Positions 10,314 to 22,851 of a stretch of 37,125 bases of DNA are shown piece by piece. The position numbers were made by a program, and so were the translations under genes. The notes beneath the pieces are model-generated. The model saw nothing but the letters and a program-made list of their open reading frames with translations. It was not told where the DNA came from and did no database searches. This DNA comes from Ministeria vibrans ATCC 50519 (taxonomy: Eukaryota; Protista; Filasterea), in assembly GCA_943704425.1 (NCBI GenBank), contig CALSCP010001760.1, positions 1-37,125 on the forward strand. Reading direction: 5' to 3'. The stretch's first letter is position 1. Each line of letters starts with the position of its first letter.

Positions 10314-12477
10314 CTACATAAAACGGAGGCGGCTGCGCAATCCCACCTCATTCGAGGCGTAGGGGTTATAAGTGTGCACCACTGGTGTAGCGGAAACCTG
10401 GAGACGATCGCTTGTAGGGACGTTGCGCGCCGCGTAGATTTTCTGATCATGGGCCTCAAAGAGCCACATTGGGTCGTCTGCCTCACCGAATGCGAGGTAC
10501 CCCGATGGATCTATCAGATCGGTTGGGTCGACAGCGACGATGGAGAAATTGAACGACCCCATGCCGTACTGGCACTGGTCATTGTTGACGAGGAAGCGGG
10601 TCCCAGTGCTGGTCACGTCAAGCTGGATGGCGGTCACCTGCATGATGGCGGTATTGGATGCGGCGGGCGGCAGAGCAGCAAGCATGAGGCAGTTGGCGCC
10701 GTTGACACCTTGTGTGATCTGCCAGCCGGTGTTGCGCTTCAATACAGCCTCGCTGGTGCCGGTGGAGACAGTACACGAGTCCAAATAGAGAGACTGGCTG
10801 GCATAATCGTAGGCCAGGCAGTGGGTATCAACTTGGGCCGCCACATGAAACTGGTACAACACCTCTGTTTGTGCAAGTGTGTAGCCAATGAGACATTGGT
10901 TTGTCTCGAAAGACCAGGCACCTGGGGGACAGTCGACCTTCCATGAGCTGTGGAGATAGCTCACTATGGCATTGTCTGCAAATACGCCCATTGCATCTGC
11001 TAGCTCTTGTGTTTCGCCCAATGCGAGCGCGACCGCCACAACTACCTTTGCCATACTATCGTACTGTGGGTGCACGTAAGAAGTATGGTTGCTATCGGCA
11101 CTCTGCATCCACATTTTGTAGACATCACCGGGCGGCACGATGCCTGCGCAGTCCCCGCTCTGGACACACGATGCTGCCTGATACATTGCCTCAGCGAGTT
11201 GGTACTGAAGAGCGGGCGAGCCGCCAGTCAGCCGAACAACAATTTGACGGTCTGTTGTCGAGTTTTTGAATAAAGTGTTGATCCCCGCACCGGCATCCAG
11301 CGTCACATTATTTGTCAGCGAAGTGTACGTAGCTTTTACAGCTGCTTCCACACCTTTCTAAGGAGATGCAGCGGGTGCAGTTGGTCATGATGAGCGGTGG
11401 TGGCATGGTAGAGGAATGCGCGATTAGATATGTGTGAGTGAGTAGGCGAGTGAGTGAGGTGAGCGAATGTGTGAGTGTGAGCAGGTGAGTGAATGTGAGT
11501 GTGAGTGGGCGAGTGCCTGTTGTGTGTGCTTCTTCTTAGAACACTTCTTATATATATACTGCATACCGCTTCCATCTCAGCGTTGAAGGTCTCGCTGGCA
11601 AATATCTCAACTAGACCTCCCTCGTAGATTTTTCTCACAAAGTGGGTGCCAAAGGTGCCGATGATACTCTGCATCGCCATCAAGCCATCGCTGGCTGGTC
11701 CAGTAGTATTTGTAGTTGACTGGTTGAAAGTGTCACGTAAGTACGCGACCATGGATACCAGTGCTTGATCCCACACGAGCGGATCGAGGAGCGCGTCGCA
11801 CTGGTTGTCAGAGTGTTTGAATTCGGACGAGGAGCGAACATGAAACTTCATCTCCGAAAAGATGCTCATCTTGGTGGCGAATGAGCTGGCCTTCATCATC
11901 TTCCCTTGAATCTCTCCTAAGTAGCAGGAATACAACCCATTTATTCATGATACAGTCACGAGATCTACAACAAAAGCACAAGCAATCACTATCCAGTGAG
12001 GTAATCGCAATGGTACGCCATACCCCAGCGGGGGCTAATAAGAAGTTGAAAAAAATAAACGAGCCGTCAAGGAAATAAGCGAGAAGTTCCCAAAACGGTA
12101 AGAATCCCCCGCCCAATCGCCACACATCCCCCTACCATATACGTACCTTTAAAGCCCTTCACACCGCCGGCAATGCCGGCGCCATGGGTATACTTTTTGG
12201 AGTAATCGTACGAGTTCGTGGCACGATGGTGCTGGTGATGTAGAGTGGAGAAGGGTTCTGGTCCAGACAAAAAGCAAGGGGACGAATGCAGCGGATTCCA
12301 GTCCCGAATGACGCTGGTGCGAACTTCTTCTTGACGGGTGATGGAGCTGATATCAGCCGTGCGGCCAAGTAGTGTTGTTTTGAAGTTTTCCGCATCGGTA
12401 GCAGCCAGTAGGCTGAACAAGAACGCGATGGTAGCTACACCGACCCATTGCGATACTCTGGTGCATAGATTAGTCAT
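10314..12477 (-). CDS. Secreted MACPF-domain protein, about 574 aa; exons 12477-12147, 11916-11567 and 11357-10314
   Basis: Signal peptide (WVGVATIAFLFSLLAATDA); both GT-AG introns keep the frame; MACPF signature FGTHFVRKIYEGG at about 11655-11615; VRLTGG and YKMWMQS parallel FRIVGG and VQDWINS in the other MACPF. Confidence 0.85.
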
Positions 12478-12981
12478 CGTTGAGGAAAAGGTTAGATACT
12501 CAATAGCGGCGTAGAAGGGGGCCGGAAAAAGAATGACTAGATTAGCGCCGCGAACGTCGAAATGAGTCTGCTTGATACAACAACACAGAGCAAGTGCTAA
12601 ACGCCTAAATGTGTGTGTACGGTGCAAAAAACAATGACCAGGGTATTGTTGGATACACAGCTCTCCTTCTCAGAAAACGCCTTTTAATTTACACACAAAG
12701 GATGCGTTTCCATCGCGGACTGCAGTTTTTAGAAGAGCCTGTGCAGCTGTATGCTATCAACCCAGTTCCGGGGTATATGATTTCAGGGTATACGGTCGAG
12801 ATGCAGGGCAAAGCGCTCATTGTGGTGGTGGTTGTGGACGTCCGGAGATGCGCCGAATATTTAACTTCACCCAAAAACAACGCAAGTAAAAAACACCCTC
12901 AAGCTTACCTCAGGTCTTGGTTAGGACAGATCTGGATACTGTTTGCGACAATGGGTAAAAAATCGAAAAATGAAAACACAA

Positions 12982-13138
12982 CAGATCTCGGTGGAAGTCG
13001 TTGTATTTGACATCTATTGGAGTCGCAGTCGCTAGCGTATCACACTGATTGATCTGCCTGGTATGACACGCGTTGCGGTCGGTGGACAGAGGGAGGACAT
13101 TGAGGAAACCATCACAAAGATGTACCGCCGCTACATGA
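12982..13138 (+). pseudogene. Mx/dynamin-family GTPase fragment
   Basis: QISVEVVVFDIYWSRSR*RITLIDLPGMTRVAVGGQREDIEETITKMYRRYM matches the dynamin G3 region (Mx-type LTLIDLPGITRVAVGNQ); in-frame TAG at 13033-13035; similarity ends at the minisatellite. Confidence 0.85.
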
Positions 13139-13139
13139 C

Positions 13140-13471
13140 GTTGACTGCTCCGTGGCGACACCCTCAGGTCCAACGCTGCCGCACCCCTCTGTTGACTGCT
13201 CCGTGGCGACACCCTCGGGTCCAGTGTACTCGCGCGTCTCTGCTGAGCGGTCAGCGGCGACACCCTCAGGTCCAACGCTCCCACGCCTCTCTGTTGAGCT
13301 GTCCGTGACAACACCATCAGGTCCAACGCTCCCACGCCCCTCTGTTGAGCGGTGAGCGGATACCCTCAGATCCAGTGTACTCGCGCGTCTCTGTTGAGCT
13401 GTCCGTGACAACACCCTCAGGTCCAATGCTCTGCTTCCACACCCCTCCGTTGCCTGCTCCGTGGTGACACC
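13140..13471. repeat. 51-bp modular minisatellite, about 7 copies
   Basis: Core ACACCCTCAGGTCCA at 13158, 13209, 13260, 13311, about 13360 and 13411; partial copy at 13467. Confidence 0.9.
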
Positions 13472-13479
13472 GGGTGCTC

Positions 13480-14665
13480 TGTCGTCTCCACCAGGCCCTC
13501 ATCGCATCTCGTGCATAATTTGGAGACGTAGATGGGAAAAAGTCTCGCCGCCCTGCTCTGTCTCCTCTGCCCACCCCGACAGAGAAATCACACTACGACA
13601 GTCTCTCTGACATAGACGCACAGCCTGGTAGGTGGGCTTCTCTGTCTGAGCGCCAGGAAACACTGGGTCAAGCATTGTGTGTATAGTGGTTCGTGTGTGG
13701 TGGGTGGGCCTGTTGGGAACCTGCTGGCTCCCTCTCTCTCAAAGAAATAAACCGAGTGAAGCCCTTCTCAGCGGGCGCCTGGAGCGCCTCCAATCTATTG
13801 GCAACAGACCTGCTCTGCCCCGAGTCGTAGTCGAGAGGCCTGATTGGTGGCGAGGCATCACTCTCAGGTTGTTGCAAGATAGAACAAGCAGGACAAAAAG
13901 CCCGCTCTCAGTTGGAGATCAGCGACACGGAGAACATGTATGACTGGCTGACTATCTGTGTTGGCTAGAGGCTTGATTGGTGTGACTTACTTCTCTGATG
14001 ACAACTACAGATAGGGAAGACGGGGCTGGGTGCGAGAGAGACAGAGGGGGCTAGTGTCCGACGATCCTGCACATCGTCGACGTGAAGTCTTTGTCCGTTT
14101 TTGTTCACTTGCTGTTGAACGAACCCCGCCTGCTCTAGTCTGCTGGAACCACCCCTTTCGCGACACAAGCATATACATCTCTGTCCGTTCCGTGATGGAC
14201 CAGCAGTGACGCGGCATGAATCGCAAAAAAGAATGTCGTCATTCGGTTGATACCAGAATCCAGTTCTGAAGCCCGATTCGCGCAAAGATGTGCCGTTTGG
14301 GCGCCTGTGCGCGACTTGTGAATAGTTGTGATAAAGGATAGATAGTCTGATGACTGATCTGTCTGCCTGATCATGATTTACAGTTTTTTGTCAAAACCAA
14401 AAAAAAAAAAACCTTTTCTCTCTCATCTCTTCTCTCCTAGAAAATCTCAAATTTACCCTGGACACCCTGGACACCCTTGACATGTCCTCTTTTTCGGATT
14501 CTCTCATCACCGCACCCGGATATCTAGACAGTAGCATGTCCCCCTGAGCTGTACTCGCAATACCGTCTCAATTGGACTCACTACCTCGGCGTGGCGGTCG
14601 AAAACGAAAACCGAAAATGCCACGTCACCCTGGACACCCTGGACACAATGGAAAAAACGGCCTAG
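13480..14665. mobile_element. Possible degenerate DNA-transposon right end
   Basis: Broken reading frames; clusters of 9-bp ACCCTGGAC repeats at 14455-14481 and 14627-14644, ending in GAAAAAACGGCCTAG; no partner terminus found in the window. Confidence 0.3.
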
Positions 14666-15031
14666 CGATTGTAAATGCGCTGGCGGAGGGACCTGTATTG
14701 TCCGAACACATCAGGTAGCAGCGTAGAGACTGTGATTTCTACTGTAATGTCACGAAATACATGACAGGGAGCGGTTTCCACTCTGTTTCGAGGAGTGCAC
14801 TTGGCGTAATCTTGAGTGCAGCCTATTGGTTGATGCGTTCAAAGGCATTCAAGAGATAAAGATCGAGCTCTCAAGAACCACGAATGCGCAGACTAACAAA
14901 TGTTTAAAGGAGATATTGCCGTAAACTATTTTCATCAATCAGTACGACAGCCATCTCATGTCTGTGAGCAATTTAATGGTCGTGCCATCACCTTTGGCTT
15001 CCAACAACGGAGTAGAGCATAACTGCAGGCA

Positions 15032-15376
15032 CTACCGAGCGACAGGGTGCTCCTCGTCGTCGTCTGTGTCACTACTCGAGCTCTCCGAGTGCGGTAGTGA
15101 GGAGCAGAGCAGTTCATGTGATTCCGTGACGCACCAATGCTGGACTTTGAGGGCTTCACGCCATGGTGCGCTGGTGGGCAACTGCGTTGGTGTCGAGATG
15201 AAGAGCCGACGTGGGCGGATCCTTGGACGCCGAGGCGCGTGTGTGTCGCGCAGGGCCACGATCTCAGCCCACACCTGGCCCCAGGTGGCATCTTGGGCGA
15301 TACGTAGACTACATGGCGTGTGCGTGTCTCCTGTGAACCGAACCGTCAACTTCCACGTCTTTTCGGTCTGCGACAT
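15032..15376 (-). CDS. Small ORF with a ubiquitin-like (beta-grasp) pattern; possibly the first exon of a decayed gene
   Basis: WKLTVRF / CSLRI / DATWGQVWAEI / RRLFIS / LKVQHWCVTESHELLC follow ubiquitin-fold element order; acidic tail; no C-terminal GG. Confidence 0.45.
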   Translation of the reverse strand: MSQTEKTWKLTVRFTGDTHTPCSLRIAQDATWGQVWAEIVALRDTHAPRRPRIRPRRLFISTPTQLPTSAPWREALKVQHWCVTESHELLCSSLPHSESSSSDTDDDEEHPVAR

Positions 15377-15458
15377 TATAAAAATTTGATAGAACTTAAA
15401 AGGGCTAAATAAAAACTGGGTTTTCCACTGTTTTCCACTTTTCTGTTTTATTCCTTAT

Positions 15459-18075
15459 TCATTCTTCCTCCTCATCACCGTCTTCGTCAGCAGCAGAGAC
15501 AAAAAGGTGATCGAGACGCTCTTCAGATAGCTCCAGCACTCGATCGGACGCATGTGCACGGGTAGAGAAGTGGGCCGTGATCGCCTTGAGAGTGCGCTCT
15601 TCCTCGCACTTCGTCGCCTGCGTCGACACACCGACTAGAGCAGGCTGTAACATAGCGGCAAGATGCTCGTCACCACGTACTGACTCACCAAACTGATGCA
15701 GGCGGCGCGTGATGCTCGAGTCGGGCTGCAGTCGGGGTTCGGTGGCCACCCCCACCGGCGTTTTTCCCCACGCCGCCCTGGATGGAGCTGCGTGGCACAT
15801 GCCATCCACTACAACGAGGCCTGGCAGCTGTGCGAATGGCATTTCGTGCACGGCTCCTGTGGTCGTATGGTAAGAGAGGCGCGACACACAGCCAGCCTGA
15901 CCCTCTGTCGACATCAGAACAACAATATGGACGGCGGCTGTGCGTGCATTGAGGAGGTGCAGGAGAACATGCATGGATCGCAGCACAGTGCCGCTCGTGA
16001 ACGCAATCGCCCAGGACCCAAAGTTGGCGAGTTTCAACGTACCGTTGGTGCGTTGCCATGTCCGCTTTGGTTTGCTGCGTGTGATGCGTTCGCCCGCCTT
16101 GACCCACTTGTTGAAAAGGTCCTCACATGGGGTCATGATAATCCCCTGCAAGACGTCGCCAACATGCTCCAGTGAATTGCCAAGCACATAGTTGAGCGGC
16201 GTTGTGGTCTGGCCCCAGAGTTTTTCGCGGCGTTTGTTCGTATCGGCAAGATCACGCACAAGCGTGACACTGGGCAAGCGATCGACAAACGCCAGAGGCG
16301 AGGCCACAACGACGCGAGTGACATCCACGCCTTGGATCGTGCTTGTGAAGAACGGCAGGCGAAACTCGCGCTTGTGCCACGTTTCGTCCATGCGCCCGAG
16401 CACAAGGCGTTCGGTTTGCGCGCATCCCGCCGACTCCTGAATGTACTGCTCAACCGTCCATGTGACGTACTTGAGATGGTAGGTTTCCACAATGCTCTCG
16501 GAGACGCACAGATGGGCCAGGATGCAGAGGCTCAGAACGAGGTCACTGGAGCTGTCGGGGCCGAACATGTGCTCTGCACGCCACTGTGGGGACAGTCGCG
16601 ACAGCGCCTTGATGCCATATTTGATACAAATGGTCGCCAGCTCCGACGCAGTCTCCAGGGTATACTCGCGGCCGCGCTGGTCATCAGGGATTTTCAGCGA
16701 GCCACGACTGTGTCCGAGGCCAAGTCCGAGGCACTCGATAGCCGCGAAGAAACGTGCGACCGCATCGTGGTCTCCACGCTTGATAACCTGCTCGATTCGA
16801 CTCACTTGGTGCTTGAGGAGGCGGAAATACATAGTGCTAAAGGCGCTGTGGGAAAGCGGCCGTGGAACCAGGTGACATGGCGTGTCACGACCATCTGTCT
16901 CAATGAGTCGCACAAAAATGCCAATGTCGAACAGATTGTTGCGGTCTTCTTGAGTGATTTCGTGACGCGTTGAGTTCGGGTTGGTGTCATTAACGTCTGC
17001 ATCGGGTGGCGGGGTGTTCAGCATGCGGAAGGGGGCTGCGGTCGATTCCCTAGACTCGGGAATTGAGCTATTCGGAAACAAGACAAAAAATCTTTCGTGA
17101 GCAGTACATGGTGCTTGCCAAACTTACGGGAGCCAGTCGGGAAACATGATGTCGATAGCGTCAAACGTGGCGACCGCAACGGCACCTGGTTGCCAATCCT
17201 CTGCATGCATAGTCAGAGTGTCGATGCTGAAGTGCGTGTTCGTGATGTCTTGGAGACCGAGACCCTGTTCGCTTGTTGGCTTGGGCTCGCAAATCTTGAC
17301 TGTGCCTCCCACAATCTCGATGTTGAAATGTACCTTGTTGTCTTCTACTGCACGCTTGGCATACGAGTCCTCGACAAAGACAATCACGCCATCGCACGTT
17401 CGCATCCAAAGTGCGGCCCATCCGCTTTCACTAACACCGCTACCTTCATCGCCGATACGTGCTGGGTTGAGGGCAACGTGGAGCTCGGTCGTGACGGTGT
17501 TCAGGGCCCGCACAAAGCTTTCGTCGAGGTCGCAGGAGATGACACACAGTGGCTCGGTGTTCTGCAAGCCGAGACGTTCACGAAGTCCAGCATTTCTCGA
17601 GAAACGAGCACGCTTGGCAGGGCGCGGTGAGGAGGGAGAGAGTGGCCGCTACAGGGAAACGAAGTGAGCTCAAGAGCTCAAGAGTGAGTAAGACAAGTGG
17701 GTACTTTGTGCGAACTGGGCCCAGACGTTAGGATGTTTGCTGCTGCTGCTGCGGTGGTGGTGGTGGTGGTTGTGATGGTGGTGGTGGTGACGGCAGCAGC
17801 GGCGGCAGCGGCAGCGGTGGTAGGCGGGGATGGTCCTTGAGGCACCATGTCCTACGTTGAAACAATTGTAAGTTTGAAAACGTTCGAGGGAGCATTACCA
17901 TATTTATTGTTGCTGCAATGTTGTCAAGTTTGCTCCAACCTTGAAAAAAATAATTGAAATGAAAACACACGACCAACTATCAAAACTTACGCTGAAAAGA
18001 TAGGCTGGGCGCTTGGTCCTTCTCCGCATCAGTTGGAATGCGAAAGCCCCAATTCGAAAGATGCTTTTCTGCCAT
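15459..18075 (-). CDS. Orphan ~800-aa protein with a TIR/SEFIR-like domain; exons 18075-17991, 17939-17899, 17851-17705, 17648-17128 and 17067-15459
   Basis: All four GT-AG introns are phase-compatible (2403 nt in total). A/T low-complexity linker, RPAKRAR NLS-like motif, then LCVISCDLDESFVRAL...WMRTCDGVIVFVEDSYAKRA. Start codon uncertain. Confidence 0.65.
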
Positions 18076-18324
18076 GGCAGCGAGCGACACCACTGTCGAT
18101 TCGTTCTTTGGCCATGAGATAAAGGTGGCTGCCAACTTTCCTGCCTCGGTGCGCCCCAATTTGCCGCGTATAGCTTTACGTACGACAGGATAGTTCGTCG
18201 ACTTGGGTTCCTGACGGCGAAGGACAGCGTTCGTCGTGAAAAGTTCACCGTCGCAACGAAACAACTCCAACTTAGTCGGCGGCTACATCGACGGGACGGT
18301 TAGTGGGGATCTCTCTTTGTACGC

Positions 18325-18326
18325 AA

Positions 18327-18419
<93 letters not shown>

Positions 18420-18424
18420 TTTGT

Positions 18425-18458
<34 letters not shown>
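18325..18458. repeat. (GT)n microsatellite
   Basis: Direct read. Confidence 0.95.
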
Positions 18459-18461
<3 letters not shown>

Positions 18462-18462
<1 letters not shown>

Positions 18463-19782
18463 TACGCAGTGGAACCATATCGAGAGGTCGAGGAGATGCC
18501 GTACTTGTCATTCATATCTTGGCTACAGAAGAGACAGCAATAAGGAAACAAGGGAGAAAGAAGAAAAGAAAAATAATGGATAAAAAAACGTGGAGAGAGA
18601 GAGGAGAAAGTGATAGAGAGAGAGTGAAACAGAGTGATAGAGAGAGAGAAACAAAGTGATAGAGAGAGAGAAACAAAGTGATCGAGAGAAAGTGATAGAG
18701 AGAGAGAAGCAAAGTGATAGAGAGAGAGAAAGTGATAGAGAGATAGAAGAAACAAGGACAAAGAAACAAAATGAAGAAGAACAGTGGTTTAGTCGGGTGA
18801 AAACATGGTGGTGGCTAATGTGTACCGTCGCTGGCGCGTAGTAGGCGCGTCGTACGACAAGGGCTTGTCGTGCCTGTACGAAAAATCGGTTCAGTGTGCC
18901 GCACGGCTTTGTTTGTGTGTTGACTCGTTCTTACTCTGCGTCGAAGTCGGACATGAGCTTTGCGTACTTGGCCTTGCTGCGCTTGCGACACTTGCAGTAG
19001 ATGCAGATGAGGATGGCGAGGACAAGGGAGACCACGACAGTGGGCACCACGATAATGACGATGTTGCCGTGCACAAAGCACATCTTGGCAATTTGCCAGT
19101 CATTGTTGGGACAGGCTTTCTTGTCGGTGGGACCCGTCAGAGAGCCGGCCACACACGAATTGCTGTACTCGCACCAGACACACTGCGTCGGGTTGGTGGT
19201 GCATGCGGAGCACGAAGAGGTTCCGTTCCACAGCGTACCGTCACACTGCTCCAGCGATGCAATGACATCCGTCTGCTTGGGCGCGACCGTCGTGTCGTTG
19301 CTTCCCTCCATCTGCAAGCAGGGCAAGTGAGTGCGATGCGGATGGCGGCCACTTCACTCTTACGCGTGCTTGCAGAACGTAGATGCCGGCGACGCTGAAC
19401 GCCAGCTTCGTAAAGTGGGCCTGCGAGTGCCCAAGAGAGCCGTCCAGGCGGGCGGTGTTCCCAGTGATGGTGCCACCGCTGGGGCTCTACAGGAGGGTTC
19501 TTCTTATTTTTTGATATATTGGGACTTCACCTGGTCTGGGCAAACCTTAGCGAGGCTGAGTGTGATGAGAGCTGTGGAGTTGGGTGGACCGTCGACGTTG
19601 AATGGCAGAGCGTCGAGGCCCACGGACGCAAGCAGGGGTTGCGTGCCGAAGATGAGTTGTTGCGACAGTGTCGAGTCGACGAGCGCCGCGAGCGCAATGG
19701 CGATGAGCAGCGCGTACATGGGTGGTCCGATAAGAGGTACGGTCGATAACTTGAAAAGATCTGTCATGGCTTTCTGAGTCAT
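18462..19782 (-). CDS. PTTG1IP-like PSI-domain single-pass membrane protein (5 exons)
   Basis: Signal peptide; PSI motif SCSACTTNPTQCVWCEYSNSC; TM helix IVIIVVPTVVVSLVLAILICIY; spliced C-terminus RQRRQDMNDKYGI typical of the PTTG1IP family; start uncertain (19782, 19767 or 19719). Confidence 0.75.
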
Positions 19783-19908
19783 GAGTCATCTGACTCTGAG
19801 AAGTAAAAAGTAGCACAGAAGTAGAGACATTCGATTATGAGATGGATATATTATAAATAATATAAAAGTTTACTTAATTGTTTCATCCCTTTCTGTTTGT
19901 ATACCCCC

Positions 19909-22601
<2,693 letters not shown>

Positions 22602-22851
22602 AACGAAATACTTATAAAGTTTTTAATTTAATAATAATAATTCTATTAATTTTATTATTACCATTACTATATTAAAAGTACATGAAATAGTATGTCATAT
22701 CATTAGAAAGACCGTCTTAGGTGCAGCTGTCACATTGTATATATAGCGTAGGTATCTTGTGTCGAGAGGCGTGTCATGGAAATCCATTGTGCCCCAGGTG
22801 ATGGACGGGGGCGGTGCAGGCACAACAAACTCGACGACTGATCCCATTTGA

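Noticed and set aside
12609-13010. 133-aa ORF upstream of the Mx-like fragment
   Set aside because: GTG start, no dynamin G1/G2 motif and no recognisable family; not supportable as a gene.
13140-13471. 51-bp array as a CRISPR-like array
   Set aside because: Variable segments are short (about 13-15 nt) and recur rather than being unique spacers.
13965-14285. ORF with FWYQPNDDILFCDSC resembling a BIR or BED-type zinc finger
   Set aside because: The remaining His/Cys ligands and spacing do not fit; the similarity is too weak.
18236-18769. ORFs of poly-VC/HT/LS, poly-I ORFs at 22068-22289 and 27497-27862, and the many antisense ORFs over real genes
   Set aside because: They are translations of microsatellites or shadow frames of GC-rich coding sequence.
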